NCBI GenBank assembly: GCA_050010755.1
Contig: JBEKKK010000001.1
Coordinates: 288,001-352,000 of the forward strand
Direction: 5' to 3'
DNA: 64,000 nucleotides
DNA from: Candidatus Bathyarchaeia archaeon
GTDB lineage: Archaea > Thermoproteota > Bathyarchaeia > Bathyarchaeales > Bathycorpusculaceae
The position numbers were made by a program, and so were the translations under genes. Shown here piece after piece: positions 40,697-49,110 of the stretch. Below the pieces are notes generated by a model, which saw only the letters and a program-made list of their open reading frames with translations, ran no database searches and was not told the origin of the DNA. Numbering within the stretch: the first letter of the stretch is position 1; each line of letters opens with the position of its first letter.

Positions 40697-40951
40697 CTAG
40701 GGCAAGGACGCAGGTTCAGGGTGAGATTTCGGTTTAGGCTTGCTGGCGAAAAGATAATGTACCGCAAAAAAGGTTAGCGTTCCAAAGCCGAGAATAGGCA
40801 AAATGGCAACCAGTGGCTCGCCTACTAACGCATATAGTTTACCGCCAGTCCAGACCATAAGAATACAATTTGCAGCGATGACTGCGAATGCGGCCGTTGA
40901 TCGAATCAACAAACTCAGAATATCGCGCAAACGCTGTTTCTTAAATCGCAC
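40697..40951 (-). CDS. Small 2-TM hypothetical membrane protein
   Basis: Two hydrophobic segments in an 84-aa ORF. Confidence 0.5.
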   Translation of the reverse strand: MRFKKQRLRDILSLLIRSTAAFAVIAANCILMVWTGGKLYALVGEPLVAILPILGFGTLTFFAVHYLFASKPKPKSHPEPASLP

Positions 40952-41206
40952 TTTTCTTCATAATTCTTGACATTCACAGATATTTCTCCTTTTCCTTTCA
41001 ATAATCTGGATTACTGAAGCTCAAGTATCGTTTGGACTATGCTCTATAATATTATTCGTTGGATTTTGTGAAGACTTGAGGAAGTGTCCAATCATTCTTA
41101 GATCACAATTGATATGTACTTGAGTGATTGATGGTGAGGAATAGAGCACGTAAATGTTTATTTTCTGGTAAACGATAGCCGTTTGCAAGCCAAAGGAAAA
41201 AATTGA

Positions 41207-42001
41207 ATGAGCAACATTGCGCGCAAGAAAATCGTCAGAGAATATTACACAAAAAGGTCTAATGAGTACGATCTGCAGAAAAGCCGAACCTGGAAAACAA
41301 GGGAAGGCTTTGGAAATGAAGTTTTTGACGAACTGATAAAAGCTTCGGAAAGGTTTAGAAACGGACTTTTTTTAGAAGTGGGAGTCGGAACAGGCAGAAA
41401 CGCGTTACCCCTGCTTGAGAGAGTGAAACCCCAACTTGTAGGATTGGACTTGTCATGGGAAATGTTGAAGCAGGCAAAAACAAAAATGCTTTCTTTCAAA
41501 CGCGGGTTTGACTTGATGCAGGCTGACGGGGAACACTTGCCTTTTGCAAACCAAGCTTTTGATGCGGTCATTTGTATGAGCACGTTGCATTATTTCATGT
41601 TTCAAGGGAGAATCCTGAAGGGATTCAGACAAATACTCAAAGAGAACGGAACACTAGTATGCGGGGATTTGACAGTTCACGAATGTGATAGCCGAGGATT
41701 CTTTGAGGGGTTAGAAAGAACCATTTCTAAAGCTCATGCAAGATACTACAAACCATCACGAATGAAGAAGCTCATAGAGAAACAAGGATTCCGCATCTTA
41801 AGGATGAGAACAATTGCTTATCGAAAGACTTACGAGGCTCTAGTGGAAGATAAAGGACGATACTTCGGATTGTCACTAGAAACCCTTAACCGGCACTTGG
41901 AAGAAGCCAATGCGGAGACAAGGCAGCAATACGGACTGACCGACACTGAGATGACACTTTTCTACACAATTATTACCGCGAAGATTATCGAAATCCCGTG
42001 A
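41207..42001 (+). CDS. Class I SAM-dependent methyltransferase (UbiE-like)
   Basis: LEVGVGTG, GLDLSWEML and ADGEHLPF. Confidence 0.88.
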   Translation: MSNIARKKIVREYYTKRSNEYDLQKSRTWKTREGFGNEVFDELIKASERFRNGLFLEVGVGTGRNALPLLERVKPQLVGLDLSWEMLKQAKTKMLSFKRGFDLMQADGEHLPFANQAFDAVICMSTLHYFMFQGRILKGFRQILKENGTLVCGDLTVHECDSRGFFEGLERTISKAHARYYKPSRMKKLIEKQGFRILRMRTIAYRKTYEALVEDKGRYFGLSLETLNRHLEEANAETRQQYGLTDTEMTLFYTIITAKIIEIP

Positions 42002-42005
42002 TGCC

Positions 42006-43073
42006 ATGAAAAAAGCAGACTGCATCAAGACTCCTAGACAGGAAGGCGAGAAAACCCTGACCCTGACCAGCAAGCTTGGGTTGATAAACAAAGACTTAGA
42101 AATTCAAAGAAACGAAGAATTCATCTTCATTCCGCTGACCAAGCGACCATCAAAAGAAGAATTGGAAACTATCAAGAAACAGGTAGCAGACTGCAAAGTC
42201 TCAGTTCACTCTTTTCTGGAGAGAAAGAAACCAGGAATGTCGGTTGCTCAAGTTCTTGAAGACAAGCTTTCACCACAATTGTTGGCATGTTTGCCCCGCG
42301 CTATAGACTTCGTAGGCGACATAGCCATAGTGGAACTCCCTCCAGAGTTGGGGGCGTACAGAACTGCGATCGGTGAGGCTATCTTGAAAACGCACCAAAA
42401 GGTGCGCACCGTGCTTGCTAAGGCGGGCGCAGTAAGCGGGAAGTATCGGTTGAGGGAGTTCACTATCGTGGCAGGCGAACCTAAGACGGACACGATTCAT
42501 AAAGAATATGGATGCCAATACTATGTGGATTTGGCTAAGGCATTTTTTTCTCCACGACTCTCCTTTGAACACCGGAGAGTCGCATCTCAAGTCGAGGAAG
42601 GCGAAGTCGTTGTTGACCTGTTCGCAGGGATCGGACCTTTCGCGATACAGATCGCCAAAAGCCATCAGAGTGTGATCGTCTACGCTGTGGATGTGAACCC
42701 TGACGCGGTCGAGTACCTGAAAAAGAACGTTAGGCTCAACAGGGCTGTGAGGAAGGTTCATCCCATTTTAGGAGACGCGAGACAAGTTGTCAAGGACAAG
42801 CTTTCTGGTGTTGCAGACCGCGTAATCATGAATTTGCCAGAAAACGCCATCGATTTTGTCGATGTAGCTTGCGAAGCCGTCAAACCTTCAGGAGGATTAG
42901 TGCACTTTTACAGTTTCGTTAACAAGTCTGATTCGTTAGAGAATCTCAGGGCTCGCTTCGCTGATGCTGTTGAAAAGTCGGGAAGAAGAGTAGAAGAGAT
43001 CTTGCTTCTGAGACTTGTCCGTGAGACAGCCCCGTACGAGTGGCAAGCAGTGCTAGACGTTAGAATCTGTTAG
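42006..43073 (+). CDS. trm5: tRNA (guanine37-N1)-methyltransferase Trm5 family
   Basis: VGDIAI, HKEYG, FFSPRL, DLFAGIGPF, DVNP and RVIMNLP. Confidence 0.88.
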   Translation: MKKADCIKTPRQEGEKTLTLTSKLGLINKDLEIQRNEEFIFIPLTKRPSKEELETIKKQVADCKVSVHSFLERKKPGMSVAQVLEDKLSPQLLACLPRAIDFVGDIAIVELPPELGAYRTAIGEAILKTHQKVRTVLAKAGAVSGKYRLREFTIVAGEPKTDTIHKEYGCQYYVDLAKAFFSPRLSFEHRRVASQVEEGEVVVDLFAGIGPFAIQIAKSHQSVIVYAVDVNPDAVEYLKKNVRLNRAVRKVHPILGDARQVVKDKLSGVADRVIMNLPENAIDFVDVACEAVKPSGGLVHFYSFVNKSDSLENLRARFADAVEKSGRRVEEILLLRLVRETAPYEWQAVLDVRIC

Positions 43074-43075
43074 GC

Positions 43076-43504
43076 TTAGACCATCAGTGTGATTTTCACT
43101 TTCTGAGCAGGGTTCTTTAGTTTCTTGATGAGATCTCTGGACAAGTCAGCTGAAGCTTTGTCTGCTTTCACCGCCAACGTTCTACTACAAATGTAGTTGC
43201 TCTTCCTCACGACTATTTCGTTCGGATGAGCCAAGGTAAGATGCGCGTTTCCGTTCGCCGTGACTCTTTCGGCTATGCCCCCTGCTTCTATTAGAATAGT
43301 CAGTCTGGCGTTTTCTTTGGCCAGTCTTTTTTTGAATTCGGCACTAAAACTCGGCAGAGCCCTGTCTGCTGATACAGCGACTATGCAGTCGCCGGTTCTT
43401 GATACTTCGTCTTCTCTTGTGAACTCTAGGGTTGTGGGATGAATGGCAAGAATGTTCTTGTGTCCCTTGGCAAGTATGATTTCTTTCAATTCTGCAGACG
43501 GCAA
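43076..43504 (-). CDS. DUF371 family protein
   Basis: GHKNILAIHPTTLEFT, GDCI, RKSNY and ADKAS. Confidence 0.88.
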   Translation of the reverse strand: MPSAELKEIILAKGHKNILAIHPTTLEFTREDEVSRTGDCIVAVSADRALPSFSAEFKKRLAKENARLTILIEAGGIAERVTANGNAHLTLAHPNEIVVRKSNYICSRTLAVKADKASADLSRDLIKKLKNPAQKVKITLMV

Positions 43505-43505
43505 G

Positions 43506-44471
43506 TTATTCCAGAACCTCTATTGAGTCAACTTTTCCGTCGCCGTTCAAGTCAAAGCCTTGAATCACCCTTGCATAGGTCTCCTCGCCTCTGTAGCCTT
43601 TCAGGGTTTTCTGCCAGTAATCGGTAAGTGCCAGTACGCAGGCCTTCGTGCCGACGGCTTTGTTTCCAGCCAAAACAATGATCCGTTTGCTCTTGTCCCA
43701 TTGATTCACAACTTTCGCGACAATTCCAACCGCGTCTGCCGTGTAGACGTGGCCAGTCTTCTTGGAAACCAGACCGCCGAAAAGAAAGCCTTCTTCTGAG
43801 GGTCGCATGTTGAATTTGATGGGTAGACAATCGTTTACTTCTTCTGCAAGCAGGTTCGTTCCAGGACCTCCCACGAGTATCAAGTTGTTCTTTTCCTCCT
43901 TCTCAGCTTTAACGTCAACGTCGAGCTTTATCGCAAAGTCTTCGGGAGGTTTGATGAACTGTCCCAGAAAGAAGGTCAGATGGGAGGCGTAATGCCCATC
44001 CCTTGCGCTTGTCTTAAAGGGCCCGTGCGGCGTCGGGCTGCCAACGACAATTTTTCCGTCAAAAGTGCCGTCCTTTCTCACGAATTCTCTGAAAAATCCC
44101 CGGAGTTGTTCTTCCATTCCCAGCAGGGATAGCTTCTTGATAGTTCTGTACTCTTGCGGAAGTTCGATTCCAAATGCAGGCGCGGCCACTTTGTAGTACT
44201 TTGCCGTTGCCCCTTTCTTCTCCTCTTCTCTCGCGACCGTTACGGCGCCTGCCCTACAGAGTTTTCTAATGTGATAATAGACCTTCTGCTCATGGATACC
44301 CAATCTTCTGGCTATTTCCAGAGGATACATTTCCTTCTCAGAAAGCATGACCAGCATTTTCCAGCTCAACGAGTTCAAGATTAGTTTGAGTTTTTGCGGG
44401 TCGCTGAATAACTCGATGTCTTTGACCTTCTGTGTCTTGTTTTCTTCGCGAAGCAGCAGTCTTTTTTCCAT
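43506..44471 (-). CDS. ArsR-like HTH regulator fused to an S-layer-C-terminal-like domain
   Basis: YPLEIARRLGIHEQKVYYHIRKL HTH; C-terminal NLILVGGPGTN and IVLAG motifs. Confidence 0.75.
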   Translation of the reverse strand: MEKRLLLREENKTQKVKDIELFSDPQKLKLILNSLSWKMLVMLSEKEMYPLEIARRLGIHEQKVYYHIRKLCRAGAVTVAREEEKKGATAKYYKVAAPAFGIELPQEYRTIKKLSLLGMEEQLRGFFREFVRKDGTFDGKIVVGSPTPHGPFKTSARDGHYASHLTFFLGQFIKPPEDFAIKLDVDVKAEKEEKNNLILVGGPGTNLLAEEVNDCLPIKFNMRPSEEGFLFGGLVSKKTGHVYTADAVGIVAKVVNQWDKSKRIIVLAGNKAVGTKACVLALTDYWQKTLKGYRGEETYARVIQGFDLNGDGKVDSIEVLE

Positions 44472-44568
44472 GGTTGTTCCCAATGATAAACGCCATCCAT
44501 TATTAAAAATCTTGTTATGGTAAGTTGGCTCAGATGACCGTGGAAAAACTGGCTGGAATGCTGAAGAC

Positions 44569-44590
44569 CATTAAAAAATATCTTTTAATG
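44569..44590. promoter_or_regulatory. Perfect 8-bp inverted repeat CATTAAAA-N6-TTTTAATG (candidate operator)
   Basis: Lies in the divergent region between the HTH gene and glmS. Confidence 0.4.
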
Positions 44591-44646
44591 CCATCTAAGA
44601 ATTCATCATAGTTACTGAATGGTTTGATGGAAAAATCTTGGAAACC

Positions 44647-44664
44647 GTTTTTAGAACTAAAAAC
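44647..44664. promoter_or_regulatory. Perfect 8-bp inverted repeat GTTTTTAG-AA-CTAAAAAC (candidate operator)
   Basis: About 70 nt upstream of the glmS start. Confidence 0.4.
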
Positions 44665-44735
44665 CTTCTCCTAAAAATGCTTATTAGAACAGCAATGCTT
44701 GAATTGCGGTCACTGACAAGCCCTGAGGTCTGGAA

Positions 44736-46565
44736 ATGTGTGGCATATTCGGTTGCGTCTCGAAGGAAGGAAACGTTGCACCACTGATACACGCTGCTCT
44801 GAAGAGACTTGAATATCGTGGCTACGACTCGGTCGGCGTTGTAACCTTGCACGACGGCAAGCTTTATTTGAAAAAAGATCAGGGAAAAATAGATGACGTC
44901 CACAAGATCCAAAACTTGGACGATTTACCCGGCAGCGTCGGCATCGGGCACACAAGATGGGCAACTCATGGCGCCCCACTGCAAGTAAACGCTCACCCCC
45001 ACGTTGACTGCAACGGAAGAATAGCCGTCGTCCACAACGGCATTATAGAAAATTTTGCCGACCTGAAAACGGAGCTTGAAAATCGCGGCCACGTCTTCAA
45101 ATCCAGAACCGACACGGAAGTTATACCCCATCTCATCGAAGAAAATCTCAAAAACAACCCCAATCTGAGCCTCGAGAAAGCAGTGTTGGAAGCAATAAGA
45201 AGGCTCGAAGGATCATACGCGATTGCAGTAGTCTCCACGATAGAGCCAGACAAGATAATCTGCGCAAGAAACGAAAGCCCACTCGTGATCGGAGTCAATC
45301 ATGACGCGGTGTACTTTGGCTCTGACATCCCAGCGTTCCTACCTTTGACGAACAAGGCAATCATAGTGGATGACGGCGAACTGGTTACCCTTTCGACAGA
45401 AGGTGTGGAAATCAAAAAGATCACTGACTCAAAAATCGTAAAGCGAGAGCCAAAAATCATAGACTGGACCCCTGAAATGGCCGTCAAGCAGGGCTATCCA
45501 CACTTCATGATTAAGGAGATTCATGAACAGGCTGAGTGCCTCAGAAACACGCTCAGGGTGCAGGAACACTACGCGGATCTGATGGCCACATTTCTGGACC
45601 GAGCGCGAGAAGTGTACCTCGTCGCGTGTGGAACATCCTACCATGCTTGCTGGGCAGCCTCGTACATGCTTTCAAAACTCGCTTTCCTGCCAACATACCC
45701 AGTCATCGCCTCCGAGTTCATAGAGCAACACGGCAAATCCGTAAACATTGAGAGCACGATCCTGGCAGTGAGTCAATCGGGTGAAACTGCGGATACCCTG
45801 GCCGCGGTGAACGCGGCAAGACAGAGGGCAGCAACCATTCTGGGCTTGACTAACACGATAGGGTCAACTTTAACGCGGGTTTCGCGAGTGTACATCGGCC
45901 AACAGTCAGGCCCGGAAATCGGAGTGGCGGCTACCAAAACGTTCACTTCGCAACTGTCGGTCATGGCCCAGCTGGCCTTGAGACTGGCAAAAAAGAGAGG
46001 TAAAGTCTCTCAGGACGAAATGGACTATTTGGCCGAGAGACTGTGCAAGCTGCCAGACACTGTTCAAACGATAATCGACACACAGGAGGAAAAGGCGAAA
46101 CAGATAGCGAAGAAGTACAAAGACAAGAAAGACTTTTTCTTCCTCGGACGAGGAATCAGCACGGCAACAGCTTTCGAAGGCAGGCTGAAACTCATGGAGA
46201 TAGCCTATGCCCCAGCAATTGCCTTTCCAGCAGGAGAGAGCAAGCACGGCCCCATAAGTCTCATAGAGCCAGGTTTCCCAGTCATATTCGTGTGTCCAAA
46301 GGATGAGACCCACAAGACGTTGATAGGCAACATAATGGAAATGAAAGCCCGAGGAGCCTCAATAATAGCGGTCATAGAAGAAGGAGATGACGAAGTCAAA
46401 AGTCTAGTTGATGATTACATGGAAGTGCCGAGCGGCGTTCCCGAAGTTCTGTCACCGATAGCATTCGTCATCCCGCTGCAACTATTCGCATATTACATGG
46501 CCGTTGAAAGAGGGTACAACCCTGATATGCCAAGAAACCTGGCAAAATCAGTCACAGTGAAGTAG
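44736..46565 (+). CDS. glmS: Glutamine--fructose-6-phosphate transaminase (isomerizing)
   Basis: MCGIFG, RLEYRGYDS, GHTRWATHG, SQSGETAD, KHGP and PRNLAKSVT. Confidence 0.97.
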   Translation: MCGIFGCVSKEGNVAPLIHAALKRLEYRGYDSVGVVTLHDGKLYLKKDQGKIDDVHKIQNLDDLPGSVGIGHTRWATHGAPLQVNAHPHVDCNGRIAVVHNGIIENFADLKTELENRGHVFKSRTDTEVIPHLIEENLKNNPNLSLEKAVLEAIRRLEGSYAIAVVSTIEPDKIICARNESPLVIGVNHDAVYFGSDIPAFLPLTNKAIIVDDGELVTLSTEGVEIKKITDSKIVKREPKIIDWTPEMAVKQGYPHFMIKEIHEQAECLRNTLRVQEHYADLMATFLDRAREVYLVACGTSYHACWAASYMLSKLAFLPTYPVIASEFIEQHGKSVNIESTILAVSQSGETADTLAAVNAARQRAATILGLTNTIGSTLTRVSRVYIGQQSGPEIGVAATKTFTSQLSVMAQLALRLAKKRGKVSQDEMDYLAERLCKLPDTVQTIIDTQEEKAKQIAKKYKDKKDFFFLGRGISTATAFEGRLKLMEIAYAPAIAFPAGESKHGPISLIEPGFPVIFVCPKDETHKTLIGNIMEMKARGASIIAVIEEGDDEVKSLVDDYMEVPSGVPEVLSPIAFVIPLQLFAYYMAVERGYNPDMPRNLAKSVTVK

Positions 46566-46709
46566 ACAAATTCAGGATCGACACCACTTGCCAATGGCCC
46601 CGCAGGAGGGCCTCGAAAAGAAAAACCAATTTGGAACCCGTATTGTTGCATCACGCGTTGAGTTCTTTTTTAAACAAGGGAGTTTGAGGCTCACGAACGC
46701 ATTCGTTGC

Positions 46710-46967
46710 CTACGATCGCTCGAAGTTGCCTGCAACTTGCCGTCGAAGCATGTTGGTTATATTGTTTTTCAGATCGTTATAGCAAGCGCCCAGCCTTTTT
46801 GCGTCTTCCTTTGACATTCCCTGTGAGACTAGCTGTTTCTCAAAAGCCGTTCTTGCTTTTCGGACTCTCCATCCGAGGGTCAAGTACATCCAGAAGAGAC
46901 TCGTGCCCAGAATAGCCAAGTGGGGAGTCGCCTTGAACACGGTTTTGACCATTGGTAATGTGCTCAT
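46710..46967 (-). CDS. Hypothetical protein
   Basis: 85 aa with one hydrophobic segment and WRVRKARTAFEKQLVSQGMSKEDA; last gene of a co-oriented group. Confidence 0.6.
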   Translation of the reverse strand: MSTLPMVKTVFKATPHLAILGTSLFWMYLTLGWRVRKARTAFEKQLVSQGMSKEDAKRLGACYNDLKNNITNMLRRQVAGNFERS

Positions 46968-47005
46968 TTTTAATCAGTTCCTCAAAAGTTAGGGAGAGAA
47001 AGAGA

Positions 47006-47419
47006 TTATTCTTTTTGCTCTTCCTCGCCTTCTCTTTCTTTGTCAGTATCTCGATTGAGTCTCTCGTCAAGCCTCTCGCGAACCCTTTTCTCAATTTCTC
47101 CGCCAATGTCTTCGCCATGTCTCTCGCCGTGTCGTCCCATACCGCCGCTTCTTAGCATATCGCCGATACTAGTGAAGGTTCGCATGTAATCTTCGGTCAT
47201 TTTCACCGCTACCTGTTCAGGCATCCCGCCGTTCTTCAGCTCTTTGTAGTAAGCCGCCGCAGCTTTGCCCATGCTTCTTCCCGCTTCTTCTGAAAAGACC
47301 GATGCCAAGATGCTCTTTATCAGCGCCGGAACCTCAGAGGAGACAACACTGAGTATCTCTTTGATGTTTTCTGGTTCCATTCTTTTGTCTTTTCTTTCAT
47401 CATCAACCATTTTTTTCAC
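47006..47419 (-). CDS. Helical hypothetical protein
   Basis: VPALIKSIL...GKAAAAYYKELKNGGMPEQVA; GGAGGTG SD. Confidence 0.75.
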   Translation of the reverse strand: MKKMVDDERKDKRMEPENIKEILSVVSSEVPALIKSILASVFSEEAGRSMGKAAAAYYKELKNGGMPEQVAVKMTEDYMRTFTSIGDMLRSGGMGRHGERHGEDIGGEIEKRVRERLDERLNRDTDKEREGEEEQKE

Positions 47420-47432
47420 CTCCCAAATCTCT

Positions 47433-47615
47433 TCACCCTAGATTCAGACGAAGTCTGTTTGAAACAGCCCCTGCCGAAACCGTTTCATTACGGATCAGTT
47501 CAGTCAACCGGCAAGTAGTTTCCTCGATTATTCTGGGTGAATTTGAATTCTTCTCCGCCACAAAGATAGGCACGCTATTCTTCTCCAGTGCGCCTTGCAA
47601 ACATCCAAACTTCAT
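47433..47615 (-). CDS. Small hypothetical protein (60 aa)
   Basis: AAGGTGG SD-like sequence upstream; fills the gap in the operon. Confidence 0.4.
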   Translation of the reverse strand: MKFGCLQGALEKNSVPIFVAEKNSNSPRIIEETTCRLTELIRNETVSAGAVSNRLRLNLG

Positions 47616-47683
47616 TCATTTCCACCTTAAACCATTAAAGGAGTGGTCACGAGAGTTAGATGTTCTGTACAAATGTGACCAGT

Positions 47684-48163
47684 CTAGTGGTCAGCCCTCT
47701 CAGTCAACTCGTAAGTAGGAACACGCCCGCCAGCCTTCAGTAAAACACCCTGCTTCATCAAATTTTTCACTCTGTCCCGCACTATACGTCTGCTTGCCTT
47801 TCCTCGCATTGTAGCCACCTGTCGCGTGATGGCCGAAATGTTCAGTGCCCCCTTTACAGCCAATGCTTGCACAATGCATCTTGAAATGTCGTCCTGAGCA
47901 ATGGGCCTCTGGCGCAGGTATTTCTCGGCGCTTCTCAAACGGGAGGCAATCTTCAACGGTTCACCGTACATTCCTATTCCCATCTTCGTCAACCTTAACG
48001 TGGCAGCCAGTCCCTCGTACTCTGGCTTCTCAAGAATCAAGTCTTCTAAAAGATCGAGTCTGCGAATTATCTGGTCGAGTTTCTTACTCAATTCCTCCGC
48101 ATTGGAAACTGTGTCCTCTTTTCCGGTCAAGTTCTCCCTGCTGTTCAAACGCGATTGAGTCAA
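47684..48163 (-). CDS. Winged-helix DNA-binding protein with N-terminal coiled coil
   Basis: [11 protein letters not shown]...NISAITRQV...[14 protein letters not shown]; start uncertain. Confidence 0.7.
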   Translation of the reverse strand: MTQSRLNSRENLTGKEDTVSNAEELSKKLDQIIRRLDLLEDLILEKPEYEGLAATLRLTKMGIGMYGEPLKIASRLRSAEKYLRQRPIAQDDISRCIVQALAVKGALNISAITRQVATMRGKASRRIVRDRVKNLMKQGVLLKAGGRVPTYELTERADH

Positions 48164-48363
48164 TTAGTAAATCCATCGTTTAAATGGTTGACTAAAAGAA
48201 AACTCAAAGGCCTGTAACTTATTCGGCAATATCGTCAATTTACATATGCAAGATTCTCTAAATTCTGTCCGTTCGACGTAGCGTCGTTTCTTATTCTGCA
48301 TCTTATTTTCAAATGCAAATGCGTTAATAACTTACTTCGTGGATGTCTATTATGGTGCTTCGA

Positions 48364-49070
48364 GTGGAAGATAGTGAGTGGGAGAAGCTCATCCAGAGCT
48401 TGATTAAGGGTGACATCCTCCGCTCTCCAAAGGTAGTTCAGGCAATGCGCTCCGTTCCGAGGGAGAAGTTCCTCCCCGAAAACATGCGTTCCTACAGCGC
48501 TACAGACACGCCGCTTCCGATTGGGTTCGGGCAGACTGCTTCGGCGCCACATAGCCTCGGCTCAGCTCCGAGACTAGGCGAAACATGGTTTCAATCATGA
48601 ATGAAGCGCTGCAGTTGGAAGTGGGCAACAAAGTTCTCGAAGTCGGAGCGGGTTCAGGTTGGCACGCCGCCACCATAGCGGAGCTGGTTGCGCCGAGTGG
48701 TGCTCCCAGAAGCGAATATGGGCATGTCTACACTGTGGAAATCGTTCAGGAATTGGCTGATTTTGCGAGAAAGAACATAATGAAAGCCGGCTATGGCGAC
48801 CGCGTTACGATAGTCAGTGGTGACGGCTCGCTCGGTTTTCCAGAAAAGGCCCCTTACGATAGGATCTTAGTCACTGCAGCCGCACCCGACATCCCGAAAC
48901 CGCTAATCGACCAGCTAAAGTCGGGCGGCATTATGCTAATCCCCGTTGGAAGCCCATCTCTGTTCCAAAACCTGATTAAGATGACAAAAACAAACGGCAA
49001 AACCAAGGAAGAAAACCTCGGGGGAGTGGCGTTCGTTCCGCTCACGGGAAAACACGGCCACAGATTTTGA
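48364..49070 (+). CDS. pcm: Protein-L-isoaspartate O-methyltransferase; two exons, 48364-48550 and 48583-49070 (~224 aa spliced)
   Basis: Exon 1 has AMRSVPREKF and DTPLPIGFGQTASAP. Exon 2 has MVSIM, VLEVGAGSGW, GDGSLG, APYDRILVTAA and FVPL. The halves are in different frames and are joined by removing 32 nt. Start codon uncertain (48343/48352/48364). Confidence 0.93.
48551..48582 (+). other. Archaeal bulge-helix-bulge (tRNA-type) intron in pcm mRNA, 32 nt
   Basis: CGCC(48545-48)/GGCG(48577-80) 4-bp helix flanked by 3-nt bulges ACA(48549-51) and AAA(48581-83). Intron hairpin TAG-C-CTCGG/CCGAG-A-CTA. Canonical cuts give GCG CCA C|AC ATG GTT = APHMV. Confidence 0.88.
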
Positions 49071-49110
49071 TGAATCTTTACAATTCTTTTTTCCCAGATA
49101 GGACTTTTGA

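Noticed and set aside
44480-44735. glmS ribozyme upstream of glmS
   Set aside because: No recognisable ribozyme core; the region is AT-rich, promoter-like DNA.
48343-49070. pcm as a frameshifted pseudogene or programmed frameshift
   Set aside because: There are 32 extra nt rather than a 1-2 nt indel and no slippery run. Both halves are intact, and the insert forms an exact BHB whose excision restores the motif.
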